Below, one piece after another: positions 40,424 to 52,560 of a stretch of DNA of 64,000 nt. Origin of the DNA: Tubulanus polymorphus (taxonomy: Eukaryota > Animalia > Nemertea); NCBI RefSeq assembly GCF_964204645.1, contig NC_134033.1:7386655-7450654 (forward strand), given 5' to 3'. The position numbers were made by a program, and so were the translations under genes. Numbering within the stretch: position 1 is the stretch's first letter; the number at the start of each line of letters is the position of its first letter. The notes under the pieces were generated by a model that saw nothing but the letters and a program-made list of their open reading frames with translations, did no database searches and was not told where the DNA came from.

Positions 40424-40680
40424 ATTCAACTAGCTTGTTAATCTAGTTGAATTCTAGTTATTGGTAGTTGTAACAAAAATCAAATAGATTTAACAATATT
40501 TTAACTAGCTTGTTAATCTAGTTTAATTCTAGTTACATTCTAATTGAATTCTAGTTGTTAGTAGTTGAAACAAAAATCAACTAGATTTAACAAGAAATAA
40601 ACAAAAACACTAATATTTCAACTAGCTTGTTAATCTAGTTGAATTCTAGTTACATTCTAGTTAAATTCTAGTTGCAACAT
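40424..40680. repeat. Intergenic CTAG-rich repeat array with short hairpins
   Basis: Three copies of AACTAGCTTGTTAATCTAGTT plus many TTCTAGTT units. Confidence 0.8.
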
Positions 40681-40707
40681 CACACAATTAATTTTTTTGT
40701 TATATAA

Positions 40708-41313
40708 ATGGTAGGTGAAAAGAAAATAAAATCTAAAAATGGTGATGTTCCAATTGAAAAAACTTTAGATGATTTAGGAATAACAGAAACAAAATTAATT
40801 CCAGATGATGGTGCTTTAAATAATGTTACAACAAATAATAATTATGAATATTATCTTTATTGTAAACATCAATTAGAAATATTAATAGCATCTGGAAAAT
40901 GTAAAAATTTTGTTAGTAAAAATTTAACTTATAATGAATTAGACACAATGAAATCAGATGAAATTATTAGATTATTTAAGATTTATGAAGCCGCGAGAAC
41001 AGCTAGAATTAATGACGCGATATCAGAAAATGTAGTAAAAGGTTATAGTAAATTATGTAATTATATACTACCAATTGAAGATGAAAATAGATTATATTCT
41101 GATTTAAAAAATGATTATTTAGTTATGACTGAATTAAATAAATGGATTGGATATTTATCATTTCAATTAGGTGGATTTATGACATTATTATCAACTGGAG
41201 TTATAACATTTTCAAATATTGAAAGTAAAAATATTTCTATAATAAATGAGCGAGGTGAAAGAAGTGAAGGAATTAATTGTGAAGAAAAAACCGAGAACTC
41301 AGAAACAAATTGA
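40708..41313 (+). CDS. Polinton hypothetical protein (201 aa)
   Basis: ORF with TAATTTTTTTGTTATATAAATG start context. Confidence 0.7.
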   Translation: MVGEKKIKSKNGDVPIEKTLDDLGITETKLIPDDGALNNVTTNNNYEYYLYCKHQLEILIASGKCKNFVSKNLTYNELDTMKSDEIIRLFKIYEAARTARINDAISENVVKGYSKLCNYILPIEDENRLYSDLKNDYLVMTELNKWIGYLSFQLGGFMTLLSTGVITFSNIESKNISIINERGERSEGINCEEKTENSETN

Positions 41314-41623
41314 ATGGTCTCGACAATTAGGAATTAAATCACAAGAATATAAAAAAGCTGTAAAAGAAAAAATAAGTAGTAAAAATGTTAATAAAAATTG
41401 TGAAAATATTGTTATTTCTACTCCTTCTGATAGTAGAATATTTGATAAATATTTATATTTTACAGTTGGATTTGTAATTGTATTCATTTTGATTGGGTGT
41501 AATTGGTATAAGAAATCAAATAAAATTCATGATATTAGTAATTCTGAACCAACTGCTATCAAAAATGAAAGTACTTCTGAAATTTCAAAATTGACAATAA
41601 AAAAAAATGGATTAATATTTTAG
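41246..41623 (+). CDS. Basic single-TM protein (125 aa)
   Basis: ATAAATG start, TM segment YLYFTVGFVIVFILIGC. Confidence 0.65.
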   Translation: MSEVKEVKELIVKKKPRTQKQIEWSRQLGIKSQEYKKAVKEKISSKNVNKNCENIVISTPSDSRIFDKYLYFTVGFVIVFILIGCNWYKKSNKIHDISNSEPTAIKNESTSEISKLTIKKNGLIF

Positions 41624-41790
41624 AAAAAAAGCAAAAAAAAATAATTTTTTTTTAATTAATTGAATATTAATTGAATATTAATTGAATATCTCACTACTTT
41701 TGTCTATCTATGAGGAGCAATTAAATTGTCCAGATAAGTCATTTCGGATTCTAGATATTCATTATTTTTATTAATTTATTTTTTTTAAAC

Positions 41791-42116
41791 TTAATCAACA
41801 ATTTCTAAATCATGATGACCGTCTTCATTTTTTCCATGATAGATTATTTTAAATCCTTCTAAATCTTTTAATTCCTCTGTACTCAATGAAACCCATTTAT
41901 CAGGTAAAAATACTTTAAATTCTCGCGATGTACTAACATTACAGTAACTTAAATTAGCTGATACTTTCTCTCCATATTTAGTTTTTATCTTTTCTAATTT
42001 CAATATTTTATGTTCAATTTCTTTTGTAACATCAACTAACTTTTTTATTTCAAATTGTTTTTTGCTGGTTTTATTCTGTTATTTATTGTTGCTAAGAATG
42101 CTTTTCTATCTCCCAT
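41791..42116 (-). pseudogene. Small terminal gene starting inside the right TIR, frameshifted in an A-run near 42060
   Basis: MGDRKAFLATINNRIKPAK joins after one frameshift to QFEIKKL...KTKYGEKV...VFLPDKW (ORF 41791-42003). Confidence 0.6.
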
Positions 42117-42203
42117 TTATTAGGGAAAAAAATTACTTGTGGTGATGAGTGGGGTGTTTCGCCCTCACGCCCTCTGGCCTGAAAACGCCATCTTCCAATT
42201 ACT
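42109..42203 (-). repeat. Right TIR
   Basis: Inverted copy of 25781-25875. Confidence 0.95.
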
Positions 42204-42765
42204 TGTATCATCAGGAATATATGTAGAGATGCCGCGTTGGATCCAAATATTTGATATCAAAAAACTGACAAGGAGTTTAACTATTGTAAACTTTATTCAG
42301 ACTTAAATCATTTTCCCATCATCAGAAACACAACAATTGAGTGAATATATTTTGCATATGGTTGACAAAGAAACTATGTCGCCCTTCAGCCAAGTTCCCT
42401 CAGAATCACTATCACAGCTGATCCTTTTCCTTACCTACAAAATTAATAAGTATCAATTCAGTAGTGGCTATTTGAATTCCGAGTAATATCAGCGGATTAA
42501 TTCGATACTAACAGCAATTAATGTCTTTTCTTCGGTCTTTAAATTTCCGTTTGTTTGCTGATTACATTTATGATTCATAGATTATCAGCTGATTTACTGT
42601 AATCGATCATTCCAGTGCGATTTTGATATTACTCTTAAGGCGTTTTTATGAGCATGCGTACTCGATTCCGAGTACGTATTTCGATTACCTGCCGGGTAAG
42701 ACCGAGTACATACCCGGGTAGCCAGTTCCCATAAACGCACCTGAGTATGCACCCAGTGTTTCAAA

Positions 42766-44145
42766 ATGGCGGCAACTTCGCACGAGGAGAGGCAACGACA
42801 ACGAAGAAAATTAGCAGTTACTCTTGCACTTGATGTTTCACTCGAGAGCGGCATTCAACATGCAGTTAATTTATACGGGACAATTCAATCGAAAATGTTG
42901 AACGGATCGGAGGAAGCCTACCTTTATGATGAATTTATGAAATATGCCAAGGATCGAAATGTATGTCGAGTAGATATTTATTTAACAACAACAGTTCCAC
43001 GGTACTCGGACGAAGATTTCCGCAAGAGATTTCGTATGAACAGAGAGACTTTCCATCGTTTTTCAGAATACGTTTCTCCTAACATCGATACAGAAAATGA
43101 AATCAATGACTACAAAATAACTATACCAAAGGATACACAGTTGTAGGTGTTCATACATTATGCGGCAACAACGGACTCGTTGATCAGAATAGCTGATCTC
43201 TATGGGATATGCGAAGCGTCAGAATTCAACATCGTTGGTAAGTATTTTTAACAAATAGTCTAATATTATATTCAACCTATAAGCTGCTATTCCTAAATTT
43301 TTTTGGTTGAATTTTCAGGACTCATATCCACGATTTTGGTGAAGTATGTGATGGAAAAGGTAGTAACATGGCCCAAGGGAGAATATGCAGCTACAGTGAT
43401 GGAGGGTTTCGAACAGAAGAAAGGCTTTCCGAAAGTAATTGGCGCAGTTGAAGGTACCCATATTCCCATAAAGACACCAACAGATAGCCCGGAGGTTTAT
43501 ATCAACAGAAAAAAGTTTCATTCTTTGAATGTATGCGCCGTTTGCGATCATCAGTACAAATTTACGCAGGTTTATGTAGGATGGCCTGGTTCCAGCCACG
43601 ATGCCCGTGTCTTTAATAACTGCCCGATAAGCATTACTGCAGAGCGTCAGGATAATCGTCAAGCAATATTTCCGCAGAATTCGCATCTTCTCGGTGACTC
43701 GGCTTATGAACTCAGAGAATATGTAATGGTACCGTTCAAAGATACAGGTGGTTTAACAAGAAATCAAAAGGATTATAATTTCAAACACAGCGTTACTCGT
43801 GTTCCGATTGAAAATGCCTTTGGCATCTTGAAAGGGCGTTTAAGAAGACTGAAGTATGTTAATATGCACTATATGGAAAGACTTGTGACATTTGTTACTA
43901 GTTGTTTTGTTCTACACAACATCTGCCTCGAGACTGGCGATACATTAGAAGATCGGTTTTTAGAATTTGGAATGAATTTGCAACATAACCATGATATGCA
44001 TGAAATATATATCGCTAATATGGCTAACAGGCCATCAGCAGTAGGCAAGAGACAAGCACAATATCAGTTCTTTTGTCCACATTTGGCTAGGCTAAATTAT
44101 ATCATGCTTGAACAGTCTGTACAGAACCATTTTGTAGCATTTTAG
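42766..44145 (+). pseudogene. Harbinger (HARBI1-like) DDE transposase
   Basis: FRKRFRMNRETF, IGAVEGTHIP, GSSHDARV, LLGDSAY, RVPIENAFGILKGR. Phase-1 intron 43238-43318, in-frame TAG at 43144-43146. Confidence 0.88.
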
Positions 44146-45140
44146 CAGTATACAGCTGCCTCGAGTAAATTTGAAATATACATGTAGATCAGCAATGGAA
44201 ATCAGTGTTATGTTTTAGTCTTTAGGGATGGCGTTATAACAAACTCTATTGTATGAGATTTTAGTGAGTTTGATTAATCTAATACTGAGAGTAGAAATAC
44301 CAGTTTATGTGTAGTTAAATCTTTATCACTGACACTACAAACGGTAACAAAATATTCTAACCCATAGAATATTACTACGTACAAATTGAGATTATGTATA
44401 AGATATAGATTTAAGTTACCATTAGTCCCAAGTGGGCTAAAAATGATAAAACTTGACATATCCTGTCATAAGCAGTGAAATAAACTTTCAAAAACAGCTT
44501 GCTTCATAATAATAATTATAAGTGCTTCGCTAAATAAACAGATTTGCAGAGTAGAATATGCATTATCAAATGAGAAGACATTATAATTTGTTGATCAATT
44601 CTTTCAGTAATCCGATTTTTTCTTCCTCAGAATTTTCTAGAATCTCACGTTGCTTCCTCATTTCATCCAGTAATCTTTGATTTTCTAATCGACGTTGATT
44701 TTCATTTTCTCGGATCACTTTTAGTACTTCACTCTGTCTGTTGGAAAGACGCGGTTTTTTTCCTCTTTTGGAGGTACGTTTGTCCATACATTTATCAACC
44801 TCGCTCCCTTCATACGAGGATAGTTCTTGAAATGTTTGATTACGCGATGTCGATGTTTGATTACGCGATGTCGAGGTAGCTGCAGTATCACGATTCATGT
44901 CCGGTAACATTTACGCATAAAGGTCTCGAATTAGGTTTACAACCTAAATAACCATCCAATTCATCAAAATATGGACATGATTTTGGGTCCCTACCCGTAC
45001 TGTTGTTATGGTCCCGTACTTTTCTATACGCTTATAAAATGTTCCCCCATTTATTTTTTTATTTGCTCCCAGGTGAAGAAATATCCTGATTCACTAATTT
45101 CAATTGCAATCTGCTGCCACAATGTTTTTTCTTTGTTTTA

Positions 45141-45700
45141 TGTGAACGCCCTACTCCTCCACCGATCGTGAGGGGTAATCAGGGTTCGAACACGTAATTT
45201 TAATTATTCGATTCGACAGTCCGACGATTCGCTGGTATCTCGTCGCAGCGGCTTTGTTGGGGTGTACAGCCTTGGCTCCAACCACCAGTAGAAAAGAAAT
45301 TACTCCACGGCCTCTCCAACAACCTGCGACAAACAATATTTCATAAATAGCCAAATATTTATTCATTCATCAACAGTTAGGTAAGTTACCGCCATTCGCG
45401 GAATCAATACGATGAATGACCACACTTATACAACATATTCTTTTAACATCAATACACATTTAACAATGCATTCATACAAACAAGAACCCGACTCACCTGC
45501 GACAAACAATATTTCATAAATAGCCAAATATTTATTCATTCATCAACAGTTAGGTAAGTTACCGCCATTCGCGGAATCAATACGATGAATGACCACACAA
45601 ACCCACAACCAGAACATAACCGAGAGGGCGCCACAGGCTGGAGTGTCGTTCAGAAAACAAAAGATTACTCAACCAATGTCATCTATGAATGTCTGTCACA
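45141..45700 (-). repeat. 3' LTR
   Basis: Matches 52561-53120 with one mismatch seen. Contains an internal ~105-bp duplication. Confidence 0.97.
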
Positions 45701-45947
45701 TACTCCCCCAAGCCGTAAAATATCGTCCTCGATATCTCAAAGTGTATCTGAACAAATCGTACACGAACTGGGACAGCATAAGAAGAAGAATAAAATGTCA
45801 AGGCCAACAACAACTGATTTCAGCAGTCAACCACATGATACAATAAACGATACAACAACACGTTCCCTCCCCCCTTTTTTTTGATAGTTTTTTTAATTTT
45901 CTTCTTATATCATATTGCATATACTAAACGAGTTTACATGCTACACT

Positions 45948-48900
45948 CTACTCTATACCAGTCCGGATCATGTTGGCAAGCGCATCCAACAGTTTAGGAT
46001 TCTCTAAAACCTCCGGAATTTTCGCATATTCCAGGAACAATTCAATCCTCCTACGATCCGTCTGCATGTTGAACATTAGAAATTCACCCGAACGCTGCCA
46101 AGCCGGGGGTCGTCTCGTCCGCGGTCTTGGCACAGGTCGCTCCTCCGAACTAGGACTTGGCTCGTCAACATCCGGTGAAGTTGAAACAGAGGGTGAACTA
46201 GCTGGCACGCTATCCACCGACAAAGGGCTCAACGGAGGAGTCTCCACGTCAACCAGAACTGGATGCTCCACAGAATCGCTTGTTCCCTCAGCTCCCGGTG
46301 ATTCCGGAACGGAGGCCATTTCCGATCGCACAATCTCCTCAGAAATTGGAGCTGGAGAAACACTCTCAATGGAACTTCGAGATAACACGGTGTCCGCACC
46401 CGCAATCCCAGGCTCAACGACGGGAGGTCCCTCCGCAGTTTCCACTTCGCGTGAGACAAGTACCCAGTCTTCCTCGTCGGACCCATCGTCCGCTACTTCG
46501 GCAACTATTTCCTCTGGCATATTAGTATTACCAACAGCGACTTTCTCCGAAGTAACATGCTCCGGGTTTGCTTCCTTTACTCGGAATGATTCCTCACCGT
46601 CACGCAAAGGAGTAGCCAAAGGTAATAACTTGTTCCTATGCAGAATCCTCCTACCCCCATCTTCAATTCTTTTTACCTCGTAAACAGGTACATCTCCAGT
46701 TACCTTGCTTTCTACGATATAAGGCACCGATTCCCAGCGGTCAGCTAATTTATGTCGTTCCCTAAATCCTTCACGCTTGACCAACACCATATCACCGGGC
46801 GTTAATTCTGCACTCTTAGCTCTCCTGTCATATAACTCTTTCCGTCTATCCCCTTGCCTAGACAAGTGATCTGATGCCAAATTCCACGCCACTTCCAATT
46901 GATTTTCCATCTGCTTCACATACTCTGTTGTCGACGTCACACTTTCTTCATTACCCCAACCAAATTTCTTATCAACTGACAGTCTGGGTCTTCTTCCGAA
47001 CATAAGGTAGAATGGCTCAAAGCCTGTCGACTCGTGGGGCGTACAATTATACGCATACACCAATGCATTAATATGCCTCCGCCAGTTTCTCTTTTCCTCG
47101 GGCGGCAAACTACCCAGTAGTCGAATCAACGTACCATTAAACCGTTCCACAGCACCATTGCCCGCAGGGTGATACGGTGTAGTTCGGGTTTTCCTCATAC
47201 CGGTCAACTCGCATAACTCCTTGATCACACGACTTTCGAAGGCAGGCCCCTGATCCGAATGAAGTTGAACAGGCGCTCCGAATTTCAGCACCACTTCGTT
47301 GAATAAACACTTAGCCACCGTTCTAGCCGTCTCATTTTTAGTCGGAATAGCCATCGCAAACTTAGTGAAATGATCGGTCATAACAAGCACCTTTTCGAAA
47401 CCTTGACTCGGCTCCAATGTTAAAAAATCAATGCACAGTAACTCCATAGGGTACGATGTCTCAATGCTGACCAGCGGGGCAACTTGTGTAGGCGTCGAAG
47501 CCTTCAGCAGCACACAGCGCTTACAACTCTTCAAATATTCCTCGACATCGGATTTCATTCCGGGCCAATAACATCTTCGTCTCAATAACGCCAACGTTTT
47601 GTCACGGCCGGGATGCCCCAACCGATCGTGCAAACAGTCAAGCATCTCCGCCCTCTCCGAATAGGGCAACCAAACTTTCAGCTCTGACACTCTATTTTCA
47701 ACAACTCTGCGGTACAAAACATCATCCAGAAGTTCCAGCGACTTAAAAACCCGACAGATCCCGTACTCCGATGGCTTAGCTGGCCGGAATCTTGTCTTGG
47801 TCCTTAAACAAGAAACAACGCGTCGAATAGTCGGGTCTCGCTCCTGCAATTTCCGCATGTCTACCTCTGCTACCCCTCCGGCTTTCGTCACAGGGACTGA
47901 CGGACTTACGGTACAAATTGCTGCAAAGACGTCAGCAGTGATCCGATTTAATGGACTTCGACTCAGCGCGTCTGCATCCCGCATATTAGCGCCACTATGG
48001 TATTCGAGTTCCAAATCGTACACTGATAAAGCCTGTAGCCAGCGATGTCCCGTGGCATCCAGTTTCGCAGATTTCAACACATAAGACATGGGGTTCGAAT
48101 CAGTATGGACACAACATTTGTTACCATACAAGTAATCGTGGAACTTTTCCGTCGCCGCCCATTTCAGAGCCAGGAACTCAAGCTTGTGCGCAGGATACTT
48201 CTTCTCTGAAGCATTCAATCCTCTACTTGCGTAAGCGATTACCTTCTTTACTCCCTTTCCATCTGTTTGGTATAGGATCGCACCTAATCCATCATGAGCT
48301 GCATCCGTATGAAGCTCGAAGGGTCTATTAAAGTCTGCGAACCCTAAGATGGGGCTTGACGTCAACATCTCCTTCAACCTCGTGAATGCGTTTTCTTCAT
48401 CCTGTCCCCACTGTACCTCAATCCTCCGTTCCGCTGTCTTACGTTTCCCCTTAAGATTCGTGACTCCCGTTAACAATTTCGTTAACGGAGCAGCTACTCT
48501 GGCATAGTCCTTTATAAAGCGTCTATAATAGCCCGAAAACCCCAGGAATTGTCGCACTTCAGTTACGGTTCTAGGGGCCGGCCAATCCTTCACAGCACTT
48601 AATTTCACTGGATCGGGTTCAACTCCCTTTTCAGAGATCCTGTGCCCGAGGTAAACAACTGCTGACCGTAAAAACTCACATTTTGAGGGTTTCAACTTCA
48701 GTCCTGCAGCAGCAAGTCGATCCAACACATGCTCCAACCGCTCAACATGCTCCTCGAATGTGTCCGAAAAAATAAGTATGTCATCGATGAAAACCAGACA
48801 TTCACGGAGGTTTAAATCCGCCAGAGTCCTTTCCATTAAGCGCTGGAACGTTGACGGTGCATTTGTCAACCCGAAGGGCATCACGTTAAACTCCCAAAAT

Positions 48901-50187
48901 CCATAACCCGGCCCGACATTGAAGGCAGTTTTCGGCTTATCCTCCTCTTTCACTTCGACTTGCCAATATCCCGCCTTCAGGTCGAGAGTGGTGAAATACT
49001 TGGCACCGGCAACACTTTCAACTAATTCATCCGCGCGGGGAAGAGTCTGCCGATCTTTCACGGTCCTCCGATTGAGGGTCCGATAATCCACACAAAATCG
49101 AAGACCGCCATCCTTTTTCCGGACGAGAACTACCGGTGATGACCACGAACTAAAAGATGGACGGATGATTCCTGTGGACGCCATCATGTTAAGGTGATCC
49201 CTCACCTCGTTCACCATGGACGGAGGAACTCGTCGATACCTCTCCTTGAACGGTACATTATCAGTCAAATTGATCTCATGTCGAATCGCGGAAGCACGTC
49301 CAGTATCTTCATCAGCGACCGAAAAAATTCCTTTATGCTTCCGCAGAACGTCTTTCAACCGGAGAAGCTGCCCCGGAGTCGTCTCGCAACCTTCCCAGTT
49401 GAAAAAGTCAAAAAACTTATCATCTGCTCCTGACCCTATTGCACCACACTGTCGCTGCAGAGGAATCGCACTATTCATCAGCTTCGGCTCCACTCGACGC
49501 ACACCCTCAATGCTACACACCGGTGACCGAGCAGGAATGGTGACAGGCCGACATCCAATATTCCTTACCACCACGCTTATACGGTTACACTGCACCACCG
49601 CCATCTTACTTATGCGAGGTACCAACAGTAGGGTCCCAGGTAGGTTAACCTCTTCCGACGAGCAAGTCATCACCAAACTCGAATCCGTCGATACTCCACG
49701 TACCAGCCCATGCACGCTAAGTTGACTCAGGCGGTACAGTTATTTCCGTCGTCGTACGCACCTGCTCAGGTTTGGCTGACAAACATTGTTTCGCCAATCT
49801 AACAGCTCCCTTGTCATCGTGCAAATGCTGTAACACGTTAGTGCCCAACACTACAGGCACCGACTCACTGTAACTAGTATCTTCAACCACCAAAACCAAA
49901 ACATCGAGTATCTGGTGCTCCACTACCAACGTAACTTCTGCTCACCCATAATAGGGTAGTTCAGTTCCACCGGCGGTCTTCACATCCAAAAAATCATTGA
50001 CAGGAAACAGCTGCGTATCCACGAGTGAACTGAAGAAACTCTTTGAGACCGTTGTTACCTGAGCCCCCGTATCAATCAATGCTCGACAAGGCTGTTTATT
50101 GACGACAATATCCGATTCATTAGCTGGACCCACTAACGACGACTGGCCTGGCCCATGGGTCCGGGGCCAGGCTCCGACCGGTTTCCC
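45948..50187 (-). pseudogene. pol: Gypsy pol (protease, RT, RNase H, integrase), with a stop at 49942-49944 and a frameshift at ~49716
   Basis: ALIDTGA protease, RT LDLKAGYWQ/MPFGL/FIDD, RNase H TDAA, HHCC and DDE integrase. Confidence 0.93.
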
Positions 50188-51521
50188 GTCCGCCGACAAT
50201 CTCGCTGAAAATGGTCCAACCCCCCGCAGTTAAAACATCCTCTGCGACGGCCACGTGAAACTGGACGGTTATTATAACCTCGGCCGCGTATTGCTCCGCC
50301 TCTATCCATTCCTCGGCCCCGTGCCTGCGCGATGTCACCTTGATCGTGATAATCTGAGGTTCTTTCAATCTTCAATGCTGTTATCTCCCGTTTCAGTTCA
50401 TTAACGGTTTCCACCAATGATTCAACGGTCTTTACAAGTTGGCCCGAACCTTCAGCGTACATCTGGTGCTGCCTAGGCACCAGATTCCTTCCAAGGTTAG
50501 ATGCCTCTTTCCCAACGCTTGCTATCTTCCGACCTTCAGGTTGGAACCCAAACTCTTGCTCCAATTTCCTTGCCTCAACCACCATTTCCTGGTATGAATG
50601 AGATAACAACAGCGGACGCAGCCCAAGTTTAAGCTGCCTGTTAAACAATCCCTGCCAAAACTGCGTCTTCAGTTCCGCCTCATCAATCTGTCCAGGGGCG
50701 TGACCCCGTATCTCCTCCAACCGACACGCCCAGAGATTCACACTCTCATCCCTACCTTGCTCTGCTGTATAAAATTTTCCGTATACTTGCCTAGCAGTTA
50801 GAATCTCCCCAAACAGGGTATCCAGTCGATTGATCACCATGTTCAACGACAAGTCTGACCCGTACTCACCCTCAAGGTTCAACAAACAATCACGTGCTGT
50901 ACCCTTCAGTGACCTACGAATGAAATTCACCACTTGCGAATCCGAGTACACACCATCTGCCTGCAAACCCCGCACCTCACTCTTCCACTGCCGATACGAG
51001 ACATCAGTTTTATTCTCCTCACCGGAAAACGTACTGAGGCGTGATGGAGTGTTTATCACGACATTTTGTCTTCCTTTAGACGACTCAGCAAACTCCTTCG
51101 GCCTCGGATCCTCGAACGGTGCAAAACTGGGCGGAGTCACCGGTTCAAACCCCAATCGCTTCTGTGAAGTAGCGCCATCCCCGTAAGAAAATCTGTTTAC
51201 AACGGATCCACGTAAAGTAGGGTTTAACCCACCAAGGATCTCCTCTATACGCGCTTCAGCGATTTGTTGTTCTACATCCGATAACTGGTCCAACGGCACA
51301 ACCACTATCTGCACCACATTACCCTGAAATTCGATTTCTGCAGCAACTGCATTTTTAGCTGAGCTGGCGTTGACAAACACAACATATGCTGTCTGTCCAG
51401 ATACACAAACGAATTCAACCTCACCGAACCTGCGAAACTCCGCTCGAATAACCTCCCGGTCCAGACTCACTGAACCAATGAACCCAACCGAGACGACATG
51501 GCCAGCCCGCAACGACGACAT
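50133..51521 (-). CDS. gag: Gypsy Gag (PNMA-like; N-terminal RRM-like domain, CCHC knuckle)
   Basis: RRM-like FGEVEFV...TAYVVF, capsid LSTFSGE..YRQW, CFNCGGLDHFQRDC. Confidence 0.9.
   Translation of the reverse strand: MSSLRAGHVVSVGFIGSVSLDREVIRAEFRRFGEVEFVCVSGQTAYVVFVNASSAKNAVAAEIEFQGNVVQIVVVPLDQLSDVEQQIAEARIEEILGGLNPTLRGSVVNRFSYGDGATSQKRLGFEPVTPPSFAPFEDPRPKEFAESSKGRQNVVINTPSRLSTFSGEENKTDVSYRQWKSEVRGLQADGVYSDSQVVNFIRRSLKGTARDCLLNLEGEYGSDLSLNMVINRLDTLFGEILTARQVYGKFYTAEQGRDESVNLWACRLEEIRGHAPGQIDEAELKTQFWQGLFNRQLKLGLRPLLLSHSYQEMVVEARKLEQEFGFQPEGRKIASVGKEASNLGRNLVPRQHQMYAEGSGQLVKTVESLVETVNELKREITALKIERTSDYHDQGDIAQARGRGMDRGGAIRGRGYNNRPVSRGRRRGCFNCGGLDHFQRDCRRTGNRSEPGPGPMGQASRR
50140..50187 (-). 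promoter_or_regulatory. -1 ribosomal frameshift signal (G GGA AAC plus stem-loop)
   Basis: Heptamer at 50181-50187 in the gag frame. The -1 frame gives the protease ORF, and GCCTGGCCC...GGGCCAGGC forms a stem downstream. Confidence 0.8.
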
Positions 51522-52560
51522 AATTGGACTGAATTGGATTATCTGTATGAACTATCTGAGCTAACTACCCACAAATGAATTGGTTTGTACAACCCCAATT
51601 TCAAAAATGATAGCATTGATTCACATTACACAGGTACTCACCAACCTTGTTATAGCACTTACCACGCTTACACCCAAGAGAGGGAAACTCCAGTTATAAA
51701 ACTATTAATGTAACGTAGGTCAAATCATATAATAACCTGGAAGAACCCTCTTACAAATAAACAGTTTTCCGTTTTACAAAATGAAAAAAACTTAATTCAC
51801 CTCCTGGGTGTCAAGCAAGCAGTTAATTATCAATAACCAAGGAAACAACTAATTATGACTGTAATCGAGCAATCCTCTACGCATAAGCAAAATACTCCAA
51901 CTGAAATTTCAGCCACCCAAGCAACATAAGATTACAACATGCACTTGAATAATCATACAGTCAAGCAAATCAAAATAATCAAGTTTAATGCTACCAGCAT
52001 AAATCAAAATAAATCAAATTAAGCAAAAGAAATGAAGATAAAAAGAAAAGAGTCTCTGTCTCTACACCAAACGAACAATCCGCAAAACTAAAATCAGTCT
52101 CTTACACCACCATAAACAAAAAAAAAGAGTTTTGGTTTCACCATCCACGGATCTCCTCGCCCAGGACAGAACGAAACACACAAGCAATACTAAACTATAT
52201 AAATCACACGCCACATGCAATACACCGTCAAAGCACAATATGACGAACACACAATACACAACACAGGACAACACAGTATTATCACCGGTACCGGTTAACA
52301 CAAATAACTATAATAAGCTAGCTTCCACATTCGCCTCTCACTAGATTACCTTCGAGTGATCTTTAGAATTGACGACTTGACCATCAATATCACCAGTAAT
52401 CCACGTTTTGTAATTAGCGGCAACGTTGCTCCACTTCTCTCAATTTCGACTGTTGAATTCGCTTCGCACGATAATCAAGGTACGGAACTATAAGCAAATC
52501 TCTCGGATTTGAAGATCCTGATATGACTCGCAATTTCGAGATCCCATCGAGGGTGCCAAT

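Larger units (their letters stand above)
25781..42203 (+). mobile_element. Complete Polinton/Maverick (adintovirus-like endogenous virus), 16,423 bp
   Basis: TIRs AGTAATTGGAAGATGGCG... at both ends. 6-bp TSD TGTATC (25775-25780 and 42204-42209), with an empty paralogous site at ~23846-23851. Carries pPolB, capsid, integrase and ATPase genes. Confidence 0.97.

Noticed and set aside
45970-51564. Plus-strand ORFs overlapping gag/pol (e.g. 45970-46683, 49216-49725, 50830-51186)
   Set aside because: Antisense shadows of a GC-richer coding region, with no motifs.
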